A stretch of 64,000 nucleotides of DNA from Tubulanus polymorphus (Eukaryota; Animalia; Nemertea), in assembly GCF_964204645.1 (NCBI RefSeq), contig NC_134028.1:14887653-14951652 (forward strand), in the 5' to 3' direction. The notes under the pieces were generated by a model that saw only the letters and a list, made by a program, of their open reading frames with translations, did not search any database and had not been told where the DNA came from. Positions 1 through 10,551 of the stretch are shown here, in pieces (the stretch's first letter is position 1; each line of letters opens with the position of its first letter). The translations under genes and the position numbers were made by a program.

Positions 1-177
1 AGTAGAAATAACAATATTTTCACCATTTTTATTAACATTTTTATTACTTATTTTTTCTTTTACAGCTTTTTTATATTCTTGTGATTTAATTCCTAATTGT
101 CGAGACCATTCAATTTGTTTCTGAGTTCTCGGTTTTTTCTTCACAGTTAATTCCTTCACTTCTTTCACCTCGCTCAT
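1..177 (-). CDS. Polinton hypothetical protein, N-terminal part (runs off window); homolog of 29815..30183
   Basis: Manual translation MSEVKEVKELTVKKKPRTQKQIEWSRQLGIKSQE aligns with KKKARSEKQIKWARELGKRSSE. Confidence 0.7.
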   Translation of the reverse strand, partial: MSEVKEVKELTVKKKPRTQKQIEWSRQLGIKSQEYKKAVKEKISNKNVNKNGENIVIST

Positions 178-715
178 TTATTATAGAAATATTTTTACTT
201 TCAATATTTGAAAATGTTATAACTCCAGTTGATAATAATGTCATAAATCCACCTAATTGAAATGATAAATATCCAATCCATTTATTTAATTCAGTCATAA
301 CTAAATAATCATTTTTTAAATCGGAATATAATCTATTTTCATTTTCAATTGGTAGTATATAATTACATAATTTACTATAACCTTTTACTACATTTTCTGA
401 TATCGTGTCATTAATTCTAGCTGTTCTCGCGGCTTCATAAATCTTAAATAATCTAATAATTTCATCTGATTTCATTGTATCTAATTCATTATAAGTTAAA
501 TTTTTACCGACAAAATTTTTACATTTTCCAGATGCTATTAATATTTCTAATTGATGTTTACAGTAAAGATAATATTCATAATTATTATTTGTTGTAACAT
601 TATTTAAAGCACCATCATCTGGAGTTAATTTTGTTTCTGTTATTCCTAAATCATCTAAAGTTTTTTCAATTGAAACATCACCATTTTTAGATTTTATTTT
701 CTTTTCACCTCCCAT
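110..715 (-). CDS. Conserved Polinton hypothetical protein with C-terminal hydrophobic helix
   Basis: 201 aa; clear homolog at 29220..29831 (IEKTLDDLGI, LYSDLKNDYLVMTEL). Confidence 0.8.
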   Translation of the reverse strand: MGGEKKIKSKNGDVSIEKTLDDLGITETKLTPDDGALNNVTTNNNYEYYLYCKHQLEILIASGKCKNFVGKNLTYNELDTMKSDEIIRLFKIYEAARTARINDTISENVVKGYSKLCNYILPIENENRLYSDLKNDYLVMTELNKWIGYLSFQLGGFMTLLSTGVITFSNIESKNISIINERGERSEGINCEEKTENSETN

Positions 716-744
716 TTATATAACAAAAAAATTAATTATGTGAT

Positions 745-998
745 GTTGCAACTAGAATTTAACTAGAATGTAACTAGAATTCAACTAGATTAACAAGCTA
801 GTTGAAATATTGTTGTTTTTATTTATTTCTTGTTAAATCTAGTTGATTTTTGTTTCAACTACTAACAACTAGAATTCAACTAGAATGTAACTAGAATTAA
901 AATAGATTAACAAGCTAGTTAAAATATTGTTAAATCTATTTGATTTTTGTTACAACTACCAATAACTAGAATTCAACTAGATTAACAAACTAATTGAA
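745..998. repeat. Degenerate tandem repeats of ~10-11 bp (AACTAGAATT-like)
   Basis: Many caactagaattc/aactagaatgt units between the ATPase gene and the 201-aa gene. Confidence 0.8.
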
Positions 999-999
999 T

Positions 1000-1572
1000 T
1001 TAAATAAATTCATATTTAAATGGGTGTTGTAATCTAAATAGTAATTTTGATCTTTTAATATTTTTCAACTCATCCATATATTCATTATGTAAATCATGTG
1101 GAATAATATCATTTTCCTCAAGTGCATTTTTCATCGATTTTCTATCTTTATTGTAGAATAAAACTAGAAATCTAATGTTTTCTCTAAAGTCTTTAACAAT
1201 TGAATTATATTTTTGATTTAAAACCCAAGTTGTTATCCCAAAATGTCTGCCAGAGAAAGCTAAATAACATAACTCACTTTCTCTAACTTTTGAATCATGT
1301 AGATTAGCACAATCATCTATGATAAATAATGTATTTGATCCTTTATAAATATCAATTGCTATTTTTATACAATTATCTAAATTTTCTTTTACTGTTTTAG
1401 GATCTAATATAATAAATTTATTATTTCTAGTAATATTTCTATCATAAGTTTGATTAAATTCATATGTTGGACAAAATAATACTATATTATCAAAATAGTT
1501 TTTGTAAACAGTTTCTAATAAATTTAATATAAAATAAGTTTTTCCACAATTTGTTACACCAGAAATTAACAT
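1000..1572 (-). CDS. DNA-packaging ATPase (A32/FtsK-like)
   Basis: Walker A GVTNCGKT, Walker B LFIIDD, and GRHFGI..LNQ motif. Homology to element 2 extends upstream to ~1605, where the ATG appears to be mutated to ATA. Confidence 0.9.
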   Translation of the reverse strand: MLISGVTNCGKTYFILNLLETVYKNYFDNIVLFCPTYEFNQTYDRNITRNNKFIILDPKTVKENLDNCIKIAIDIYKGSNTLFIIDDCANLHDSKVRESELCYLAFSGRHFGITTWVLNQKYNSIVKDFRENIRFLVLFYNKDRKSMKNALEENDIIPHDLHNEYMDELKNIKRSKLLFRLQHPFKYEFI

Positions 1573-1608
1573 ATTATGAGGCTCAAATATAAATAATTCC
1601 TTATTTAT

Positions 1609-2736
1609 TTATATATTTTTAATTTTACTTGATAATATCCATTCATTAAATTTATCTGGCCATCCAACCCATTTTACTAAAGAATATTTTTTTCTTTTAA
1701 CAGTTTTTGTTTTTAGTACTTTTTCAATTTTATATTCTTGTTCTACATTTTCAGTAGTTAAACTTAATTCTTCTTCATAAAAATATCCATAAACTTCTTC
1801 ACCATCTAAATCTTCTAATTTATAGACATATGGTTTTGTTGTTATTACCTTTTTTATTTTATATATTTCTCTAGTAAAATTTCGATCGTATCCTTTGTCA
1901 AATATCTTTTTATACTTAGAAATTCTAACATTTTGACCAACTTTAAATTTAGGTTCACCAAAATCATCTACAAGAAATGCTCCATATAAATTATTCCAAA
2001 CAATTTCAGCATTTTCAGGTTTTCTAGCATCAATAGGTTTCATTCCAATAGAAGAATGATAAGAATTATTATATCCTTCTATCAATTTTGGTAAAACATC
2101 AATCCATTTAAAAGTATTATTTGCTGTAAAATATTTCCACATTCTTGTTCTTAATGTTCTATTAAATCGTTCAACAACTGCTGCTTTTTTATCCGATTTT
2201 GTTGAAAAATATTTAATATTATGAAAATCTAAAAGTCCATGAACTAATGAATTATCAAATTCTTTTCCATCATCAAATTGAATTTTTTCTGGTTTTAGTT
2301 TACCACCTGAAAGAAATTTTCTTAAAACATGTGATGTTTGTGCAGCATCTTTTCTATAAAGTGGGAAGCTCCATACTTAACGACTAAAAATATCAATTAT
2401 ATTCAATATCCACCAATAATCATTATTATCTTTTTTAAGATTTTTCATATCAATTAAATCTCCTTGCCACTGTTGATCTACATAACTTACCATAGTTTTA
2501 CGAGTTTTATATTTTCTAACAATTTTTTTATGTGTTGTATACGTTGGTTGTTCTAACATAAATTCATTTATATCTTTATATTTAACTAAATTTTGTGGGA
2601 TTATCTTATCTAATTTATCTTGTTTTACTTTACGCCATATATTTTTAGTAGAAGAATAAGCAACCGAACTCTCAGGGTTGTAATATAAATTTCTTAAATA
2701 TTGTTCTTTAGTATTAGGAGTTTTTTTACCACCCAT
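1609..2736 (-). pseudogene. Retroviral-type (rve) integrase with C-terminal chromodomain; one in-frame stop
   Basis: WQGDLID / QFDDGKEF / VERFNRT DDE motifs, chromodomain YKIEKVL..LVKWVGW..NEW. TAA at 2377-2379 replaces Tyr (FSR*VWS versus FSRYAWS in element 2). Confidence 0.9.
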
Positions 2737-2766
2737 TTATATATCCTTAATTTTAACTTTATATTT

Positions 2767-4014
2767 CTAATATTGAATACTATCTAATTGTGAATTTATA
2801 ATATTTAATTGCGCGTCAGATATAATATAAATGTGCATTTTAAAATTTTTGATTCCTTTATTCTTTTTCATGAATAATTGTATTCCATCTTTAGTGTTCT
2901 GTAGTTTTTTCCCAGAACCATGTAATGAATTATCTTCAGTTGTTCTAAAATCTAACCATAATGCATATTTATTACCGGTATAATAATCAATTTGATTAAT
3001 ATTACAATTTTCAAATGATTTTACTTTTTCATTCATAAAATGTTTTTTAATTTCTACCCATTGATCAATCATTCTCATTCCTTGACAAAATATTTTATTC
3101 GCTATTCCTTCGATAGTTATTTCTACTTTTGTTATTTCAGGATTATAATAATTATCAACATTTATTGCGCCATTAGTATACGTTCCAATGGTAAAAAATA
3201 TTAATATACCTTTAATAGATCTTCTAGGAAAGTTAATATTCTCATTAATTATTTCATCATTTGCATTAATAGTTACAGTTTTAAATTTATCAATATAATC
3301 ATATAATAATGAAAATCCTTGATTGTATTGAGTTTGAATTGTGCTAGCAATATTTTCATTAGTTACTGTGTTATATTCTAAACATATATTCGATAATTTA
3401 TAACCCATATCTTTAACAACGCTAGATAATACAATTTCATTTACAGGAGCAAATGTTATCTCAAATATAATATCTTCTTGAATTGCGTATTTATATAAAG
3501 GTGCATCATTATTTATCAATTCAAAGTCTAATGGAATTTTATATTTACTTCCATAAATCTTTTTAATCAAATTATCTACGCTATTATTTACTACTGCGTT
3601 ATTGGCTTCAGATCTTAATTTATTATGGTTTTCCGATTGAATACCCTGAAATATCATATTATTTCTATTTTCTTTAGTTAACCATAAATCTTTATAATAC
3701 ATAAATAAATTATAATCATCTAATGAGAAAACTGTTTCTGGACCAATCTTTATTGTTAACTTTTTAATCAAATATCTTCCAACATTATCGACAACATAAT
3801 TATTATCATGACCAGTTACTTTTATATCGGCTGATAAATAAATACTATTTGGAACATAAAAAGTATTTTGTGTTAATCTAGGAATTCTAACATATAAAGT
3901 TTCATCGGGATTAATATTTGAAGGGTTATGAGTAATTATATGATGTGATCTTTCTGCTTTAATTGCATTAGATATTCTATGATTTTTCGAAGGACTTATA
4001 TAACTCCCACTCAT
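2767..4014 (-). CDS. Major capsid protein (double jelly-roll), intact
   Basis: 415 aa, beta-rich, Polinton MCP-like N-terminus (TINPxxxNP..LYVRIP), near-identical to 32900..34147. Confidence 0.8.
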   Translation of the reverse strand: MSGSYISPSKNHRISNAIKAERSHHIITHNPSNINPDETLYVRIPRLTQNTFYVPNSIYLSADIKVTGHDNNYVVDNVGRYLIKKLTIKIGPETVFSLDDYNLFMYYKDLWLTKENRNNMIFQGIQSENHNKLRSEANNAVVNNSVDNLIKKIYGSKYKIPLDFELINNDAPLYKYAIQEDIIFEITFAPVNEIVLSSVVKDMGYKLSNICLEYNTVTNENIASTIQTQYNQGFSLLYDYIDKFKTVTINANDEIINENINFPRRSIKGILIFFTIGTYTNGAINVDNYYNPEITKVEITIEGIANKIFCQGMRMIDQWVEIKKHFMNEKVKSFENCNINQIDYYTGNKYALWLDFRTTEDNSLHGSGKKLQNTKDGIQLFMKKNKGIKNFKMHIYIISDAQLNIINSQLDSIQY

Positions 4015-4059
4015 TTATTTAACAAAAAAAATTAATTATTTATTTTTTGATATCATGGT

Positions 4060-5511
4060 TTACTTGATATTTTTTGATATCATATTCACTAACCCAAAAA
4101 TAATAGCACTTACAACTGTAATTAAAAATAAAATAATATGTTCAGCAGCAAAGTTAATAATGTTTCCTGCAGATTTCAATATAAAACCAACAATTGATGC
4201 AATAACTCCTGGCAATGCTGCAGCAGATTTCTTTGATAGTTCCCATAAATATTTTGCTAATTTCTTTAAACCATCTTTAACTTTATCTTGTATAGAATTA
4301 TTACTTGGAGGTTTATCTGGTTTATTGGGAGTGGGAGTAGGAGTAGATTTTAAAGCATTTGATATTGCTAAACCAATTGTTGTAAATAACATAGTTACAG
4401 CTGTTAGAATTGAAAGAATTGTTATTCCTTCTAATTTAAATAATAATCTTATTCTGTCTTTTAGTGATATTTCAGAATTTGGTTTAATCAACAAATCTTT
4501 AAAAATAACTTTTAATCTATTAATATTATAATCATATGATTTTAACAATGTATCTCTTTCTTCTTTTTGTAATTCTTTGTTATATTTTGAATCATCTATT
4601 TCTTTTTCTAAACGTAATTCTTTTTGTTTATATTCTATTTCATCAATTACTTGATGATCTAAATCAGACTTTAATTGTTCTATTTCTTTATTTTTATCAG
4701 TTAATTCTTTTTCTAAAGTTCTAATTTTAAAATCTCTTATACTTTTATCATGCGCAATTTTATTAGATGCAAGTCTTATACTAATAATTTCTCTAATTGC
4801 TTTATCAGAAAATATATTTAAATCTTCTAATTGTTGATCTGTTGCATCAAGTAATCCATTTGGTAAAAGTTTTTCAGTTTGAACTTCGCTTGAATTAGGT
4901 TTACTAGTTTTGGAATTAATAACTTCTTTAGGAATTTTTTTTTGTCTTAAATTTGCATTAATTATATCAAAAAATTTAGCATTTCTTTGTTTAAATTCTT
5001 TAAAATTAACAGTTCTTTCTTTTTTTGTAACATCAGTTATAACATCATTATTGATTTTCTTAATTCTAGATTGTTCTAATAAATTAGAAGTTGATTGTGT
5101 TATTATTTTATCATTACTGCTACTTTTAAGATTTGAAATCTTAAAATAATAGTCGCCTTTCAATTTCCAATAATAATCACCATTTAAATATTTCAAATCT
5201 TTTGCTAATTTATCCATACCATTATCTGTTATATTGAAACCAGATTTTTTTAATATTGGTTTAAATTCATGAATAATTTCATTATAATTGTATTCTTTTT
5301 CTGTTATTTCTGGTACTTCATTTTCAATACTTATCTTTGAACGTGCTTTGTCAATATATTGAGGTGTAGTTAAATTAGAATTATATGCTGATTCATCATC
5401 ATTATCAATATTAGTTTTATTAAAATCGGTTTGTGGTTCATCATCAATATATCCTTCATTATCATTTCCCATGTCATCCATTCCAATATTTTCTCCACCT
5501 TCTACATCCAT
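4060..5511 (-). CDS. Coiled-coil protein with C-terminal hydrophobic/TM helices
   Basis: 483 aa with acidic N-terminus, heptad-rich middle and about 3 hydrophobic segments; homolog at 34168..35632. Confidence 0.75.
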   Translation of the reverse strand: MDVEGGENIGMDDMGNDNEGYIDDEPQTDFNKTNIDNDDESAYNSNLTTPQYIDKARSKISIENEVPEITEKEYNYNEIIHEFKPILKKSGFNITDNGMDKLAKDLKYLNGDYYWKLKGDYYFKISNLKSSSNDKIITQSTSNLLEQSRIKKINNDVITDVTKKERTVNFKEFKQRNAKFFDIINANLRQKKIPKEVINSKTSKPNSSEVQTEKLLPNGLLDATDQQLEDLNIFSDKAIREIISIRLASNKIAHDKSIRDFKIRTLEKELTDKNKEIEQLKSDLDHQVIDEIEYKQKELRLEKEIDDSKYNKELQKEERDTLLKSYDYNINRLKVIFKDLLIKPNSEISLKDRIRLLFKLEGITILSILTAVTMLFTTIGLAISNALKSTPTPTPNKPDKPPSNNSIQDKVKDGLKKLAKYLWELSKKSAAALPGVIASIVGFILKSAGNIINFAAEHIILFLITVVSAIIFGLVNMISKNIK

Positions 5512-5528
5512 TTACATAATAAAAAAAA

Positions 5529-6912
5529 TTAAAATTTAAAATATAATATTCCTCCGATTACAATTCCTATACAAGTTATAGCTAATTTAGTATTTTCATG
5601 GGATTTATTATCATCATTTAGTTTAATTATATCATGTTGAATATTATCAGTTTTTATATTTTCTGATGTATTGTAATCTTTTATTTTAGAATCATTATCC
5701 AATTTAATATTCTTAGTTTTAGTTTCTGTTGATTGAATATGTTTTTTATTTTTTTCACCTTCCATTAATTTTGGAGCAGTAATAATCTTTTTATTTATAT
5801 CATTTAATCCAAATGAATTGTTTATTGTTGCAGTTTAAATTAGATTATTATAACCAATTATATTTCCCATCTTCAATACTAAATCATTAGAAATAATTAA
5901 TAGATTAGGGCCTATACAATAATTTAATCTAATATGTGATTTATCTAAATAATTTTGATATCTTATAATGTTTTCTGGAATCGATCTATTTTTATCATTA
6001 TGTATGGAATCTTCAAATAATACTTTAAATTGTTTTTGTGTATCGAATGATGTATTCAAATTTCCAATTATCGGTGATCTTGTTTCAACTTGTGATCCTA
6101 GAATACAAATAAATAAGTTCTAATAGATTGATTTATTCTTTCTATACCTGATTTAGTAAAACCTTCACTATTTTCTAAAATGAAATAAACCCAACCATTA
6201 TTGTTTTCTTGTTTTAAATTATCATAAAATTTCGGTAATTTATTGAAATTTAATGTTTCTAAATCCTTTGTTTCTATTTTACCATAACCTAATTTATTAT
6301 TATAGATATTATAAAAACTATTAGATGGTATGGGAAGTGCACAATATTCTGCAATCTTTTTAGGGCATGGAAGTGATCTTATTGTTCCAATTTTTGTTCT
6401 AAAATCAGAATTATTTATATCTATATTGAATTCATTGCAAATCTTATAAAACTTAGATAAATTAATATTATTATCTAATTCTTTAAAATACCTAGATCCT
6501 GGTAAAGCGCACTCTAATTCATTTAATATTATTCTGATTTGAAAGTATGTATGAAATCTAAATAAACTTTGAATTAATTTATATTTAGAATTATTCAAAT
6601 GATCATTCCAACTAATTCCACATCCTGTTGTTGCACAATAAACAGCAAAATTTAATTGGTTCTGCCAATACTTCATATTAGATTTTAATAACCATTGTTT
6701 TTCATCTTTCAATTTTTTAAAATTAATTAAATATACATGAAATATATTTTCCATCTTTGCATTAAAATTATTAGTTTCAGTAACATAAATTTCTAAATTA
6801 GTTAATGAATCTAAAACTTCATTTCTATATGTAATATCTTTATTAAAATCTATTGCAGGAATACTATATTTAATTGATTTATTATATTGGAAAGCTTTTG
6901 GAAAACTACCAT
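5529..6912 (-). pseudogene. Conserved Polinton protein (~460 aa, YWQNQLNFAVYCATTGCG motif, C-terminal TM), frameshifted
   Basis: Fragments 6098..6754, 5835..6059 and 5529..5765 together match 35649..36875. The true start near 6912 follows the TAAATG-type motif, with a 4-nt deletion after the ATG. Confidence 0.8.
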
Positions 6913-6929
6913 TAATATAATTAAAAAAA

Positions 6930-7364
6930 TTAATAATTTATTAATTCTTTTAATAATTTATCTTGTTCTTCAACTGTTATATGACCATTTAAACTTATTA
7001 TATAATCTAGTGTGTTCTTTAATTTATTAATTTCTTTTATATTAGTTTTAATTTTTTCTTTATTACTTTTTATATTTAATTTTGAACTTATACCAGTTAA
7101 AACACTTGAACTTAATCCTAATACACCAATTGATATAGCTAAAGGTGTTAATGGACTGAATATTGCTAGAAATGTTATTACAGAACTAATTGTAACCGAA
7201 CCACTAATAATAAGATAATATATAATTTTACTTTTTAGATATTTTTTCTTTTTTATCTTTAAGTCACTTTCAAATTCTAATATTTGTTTTTCTAAATATG
7301 TTTTTAATTTAGTTTTATTTATATCATGAGGAATAATATCAATACTATCAACTTTATCTTCCAT
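6930..7364 (-). CDS. Small protein with 2 predicted TM helices flanked by coiled coils
   Basis: Hydrophobic stretch IIYYLIISGSVTISSVITFLAIFSPLTPLAISIGVLGLSS; frameshifted copy at 37047..37481. Confidence 0.75.
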   Translation of the reverse strand: MEDKVDSIDIIPHDINKTKLKTYLEKQILEFESDLKIKKKKYLKSKIIYYLIISGSVTISSVITFLAIFSPLTPLAISIGVLGLSSSVLTGISSKLNIKSNKEKIKTNIKEINKLKNTLDYIISLNGHITVEEQDKLLKELINY

Positions 7365-7384
7365 TTATTTAGCAAAAAAAATTA

Positions 7385-7807
7385 CTAATTAGTAAACTTA
7401 TAAGCAACAAATATAACAATAACTGTTCCACCTAAAATCCAAATTATTTCATATTTCTGTTGTTCTTTACTTGGGGTATAATAATCTGATAATTTAGGTT
7501 TGTATAGATGTAATTTTTCTTTATTTGTTACTGCGTTATATAAACTCATTGCATCATCAACTGATTGAAAATCTCTGTGTGAAATCTTCTGATCATATAA
7601 TTCTTTATTGATGTAATCCATATAGTTTTGCCTCTTTTCTCTATATTCTTCTGCAGCTTTATTGTATTTCCCTAACGCTAAGTTATGTCTTCTTTGTTCT
7701 CCTAATGAACTATTTTTATCAATATGTTTAAATAAATAACCACCACCAGTAAATGCTGAAGCGTTAACAATTGCCGATCCTATAATAGTTATAATTGCAG
7801 AAGCCAT
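7385..7807 (-). CDS. Conserved Polinton small membrane-associated protein
   Basis: Hydrophobic N- and C-termini, EQRRHNLAL motif; near-identical copy at 37507..37929. Confidence 0.8.
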   Translation of the reverse strand: MASAIITIIGSAIVNASAFTGGGYLFKHIDKNSSLGEQRRHNLALGKYNKAAEEYREKRQNYMDYINKELYDQKISHRDFQSVDDAMSLYNAVTNKEKLHLYKPKLSDYYTPSKEQQKYEIIWILGGTVIVIFVAYKFTN

Positions 7808-7832
7808 TTATTTAGCAAAAAAAATTATGCAT

Positions 7833-8054
7833 TTATATGGGAGGAATATATTTTTGTTTTTCCAAATAATCAATAGTTAAATTAGATAAAGTAACTGCTA
7901 ATGTTAACTTTAAAATATCATTTATATCAAATCTATCAACATTAACACTTCCCATTTTGAATACTTTTTTTAATACCATTGAATAACCAACCGTTCCAAC
8001 TGATAGTAATGCGCCATTATATAATCCAGTTATTATCCACTTATTATCACTCAT
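7833..8054 (-). CDS. Small hydrophobic Polinton protein (73 aa)
   Basis: Near-identical to 37953..38174; preceded by the conserved upstream motif. Confidence 0.75.
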   Translation of the reverse strand: MSDNKWIITGLYNGALLSVGTVGYSMVLKKVFKMGSVNVDRFDINDILKLTLAVTLSNLTIDYLEKQKYIPPI

Positions 8055-8399
8055 TTATTTATCAAAAAAATTACTATCATCAAAATATTTAGTTAACTTA
8101 TTTATGATTAATTCAACATTTATTTTATTACTAGTTTCATTTGTATATATTTCAATTATTATTTTTTTAATATCATCGATTATAAAATCTTCATCTAATT
8201 CATAAAATCTTAAAGATTCGGTAATCTTTTCTACATTAAAAGTTTCTTTATCAATTGTTGTTTCATACTCAAATGTTGTTTCATTAGAAAATGCAATATT
8301 TTTGATATGTGTAATTACATCATTAATGTTAAATTTCATTTCTTTCTCACGTTTAAAATCAAACCCAAAACATATACTCGGTCCAACAGTTATATTCAT
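8055..8399 (-). CDS. Hypothetical protein (114 aa)
   Basis: Homolog at 38175..38516 with conserved ends and a divergent middle. Confidence 0.7.
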   Translation of the reverse strand: MNITVGPSICFGFDFKREKEMKFNINDVITHIKNIAFSNETTFEYETTIDKETFNVEKITESLRFYELDEDFIIDDIKKIIIEIYTNETSNKINVELIINKLTKYFDDSNFFDK

Positions 8400-8415
8400 T
8401 TATATAGGTGAAAAA

Positions 8416-9171
8416 TTACTCTTTACATCTTATAACTAATTCATAAATTACAGGAAAGTTATTCAAATCAATTAAGTATCCATTATGATTTCTAATTTCT
8501 AATCTAAAATTATTAAAATGAGGAATACAAGGTTTGAAATCACATTCTGTTAAATTATAATTTATTTGCGTTCCAAATTGTTTAACATTCTTCAATGGTA
8601 AAATGTTTAATATACTAGAATTACAAGTTATATCTTTAGTTGCTTCGAATGTTTTTGTAGGATCGATTAAATTGCAATAAATATAAAAATGTGTAAAAGT
8701 CATTAAATTTGTATAAGTTTCGATACTTGAATAATCTCTATCCGGGAGAATTCCAAACAGTTTAGCTAAAGGTTTTCTTACTAGAAATCTATGTTGTTCA
8801 TTAGTTAACTTTATTCTTATTTTATTCGAACTATCATTTTTGATAAATTTAATTTCAAATCTAGCAGCTGCACCCATTTTTAAACGAGCTCTTCTATTAA
8901 TTTCTTGCGCTAATGTTTCTAAATTATATAATCCTGGTTTTAGATAAAGATGAAACCATTTATTCAAATTTCTAACATGAATTTTAAAAGCTAAATGATC
9001 AAGACTTTTATTTGATATATTATGAAAAGAATTACATAAACTTATATTAACTAATTTTAAATCTACACAATTCTTAAATTCTCTATCTAATTGAACTAGT
9101 AAATTATGTGATTTATAATTTGTAAGTTTTCTAGAATCAATAAATATTCTGTATTCTTTTAATTCTACCAT
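8416..9171 (-). CDS. Minor capsid protein (penton, single jelly-roll)
   Basis: IFIDSR N-terminus, FYIYCNLID, and C-terminal FRLEIRNHNGYLIDLNN pattern typical of Polinton pentons. Confidence 0.7.
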   Translation of the reverse strand: MVELKEYRIFIDSRKLTNYKSHNLLVQLDREFKNCVDLKLVNISLCNSFHNISNKSLDHLAFKIHVRNLNKWFHLYLKPGLYNLETLAQEINRRARLKMGAAARFEIKFIKNDSSNKIRIKLTNEQHRFLVRKPLAKLFGILPDRDYSSIETYTNLMTFTHFYIYCNLIDPTKTFEATKDITCNSSILNILPLKNVKQFGTQINYNLTECDFKPCIPHFNNFRLEIRNHNGYLIDLNNFPVIYELVIRCKE

Positions 9172-9238
9172 TATTTATAACATAAAAAATTACCGCTCAT
9201 CACTAAAAATTAATTTTAATAAAATTTTTCCTTAATAA

Positions 9239-10551
9239 ATGGAAGTGAAGATAGCATGCGAAATTTGTGGTGAACTTCTAAGAAAAAGTAATATGGCTCG
9301 ACATATGAAAAAACATGATGAAAATTATAAACCCCCTAAAATAAACTGTCCAAATTGTAATAAAACATTCTCTAGAAATTATTTCAAAAAACATTTAGAG
9401 AAGTGTAAAAATAATAACTTAATAGTTAATGTTGATAGTTACGAAAGTAATAATAATTCTGTTGAAGTTGATCCTGAAATTATTTGGAAAAGACCTTTCT
9501 TATTCTATGATAAGGATAATATAAAAGATTATTTCTGTGAGCCTTGTCGAATAAAATATAACCCTGAAAATATAGAAGATTGGGAGAATCATCAATTTCG
9601 TAAAGTACATATAGATAAAATTTCTAATAAATTTGAAACTGAATTCAATGCAAGAAAAAATAATTTATTAGAAAAAATGAAATATGAGAAAACATTACCA
9701 GATAATGAAGAAACAGTTGAAAAGTTAGAAAAACAATATAATGAATTAACAAGAAAAACATATTATTGTAAATATTGTAAATTGATTATTACAACAAGTA
9801 ATTCAAATCTACATAATAGAACAATAAAAAAAAAGAAAACGTAAGAAAATACCAAGAGCTTAATGAAGATCTATTACCAGTAAATTATAAACAAAAATGC
9901 CCACAATGTATTTATGCGACCTTAAGGCAAGAAGGTACTGTGTTATTTTGTGTTGATTGTGGATGGCAAAAGAATTTATGGGGTGAAGAAAAAACTAGAA
10001 ATTTTCTCATAGATCCAAAATTAAATTATCTAGATGAAATTTTTGAAATATTTTCTATGGAAGATCATACACCAGAATATATGCAATGGCTTGAAAAAAT
10101 GAAAATAATAGAAAATAAAAATGGTGAAATAACTAAAAAAGATATTATAAAAACAATTATTCCACCAACATTTAACACAAAACAAAAGAAAATGTATTTA
10201 TATTTATTATTTAACGATTATTATGAAAAACCTAAATTAACAGAAGAAGATATGGAAAATATAAAAAAAATATTTAAACAAATATTAATGTATCATTTGG
10301 AAAATAGAATAACAGATTCAATAAATTATGAATTCTTTTTAAATAAGATTGTAAATTATTTAAACATCGATATAATAATTCCATTTGATGAATTAACAAA
10401 CAAAAAGAAACAAAGAGAGCGAGATGAAATGTGGAACAAGATAGAACTTTATTTAAATGAGAAAAATGGAATGGAAGAAGAACCTGAACAATTAAATGAA
10501 AATGAAGAAGCCAATAGTGATTTCGAGTTTGATGATATAGATCCATTTTAA
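9239..10551 (+). CDS. Multi-zinc-finger + VLTF3-like (poxvirus late transcription factor-like) protein, split by a frameshift in an A-run at ~9826-9834
   Basis: C2H2-like fingers in 9239..9844. The frame of ORF 9940 is open back to ~9832 (KENVRKYQ..CPQC..EGTVLFCVDCG). C-terminal SINYEFFLNKIVNYL..KKKQRERDEMWNKI resembles VLTF3. Confidence 0.6.

Noticed and set aside
4055-5149. + strand hydrophobic ORFs (4055..4531, 4536..4724, 4910..5149; similarly 34061..34627 and 32176..32532)
   Set aside because: They are antisense shadows of Lys/Asn-rich minus-strand genes and have no independent motifs.
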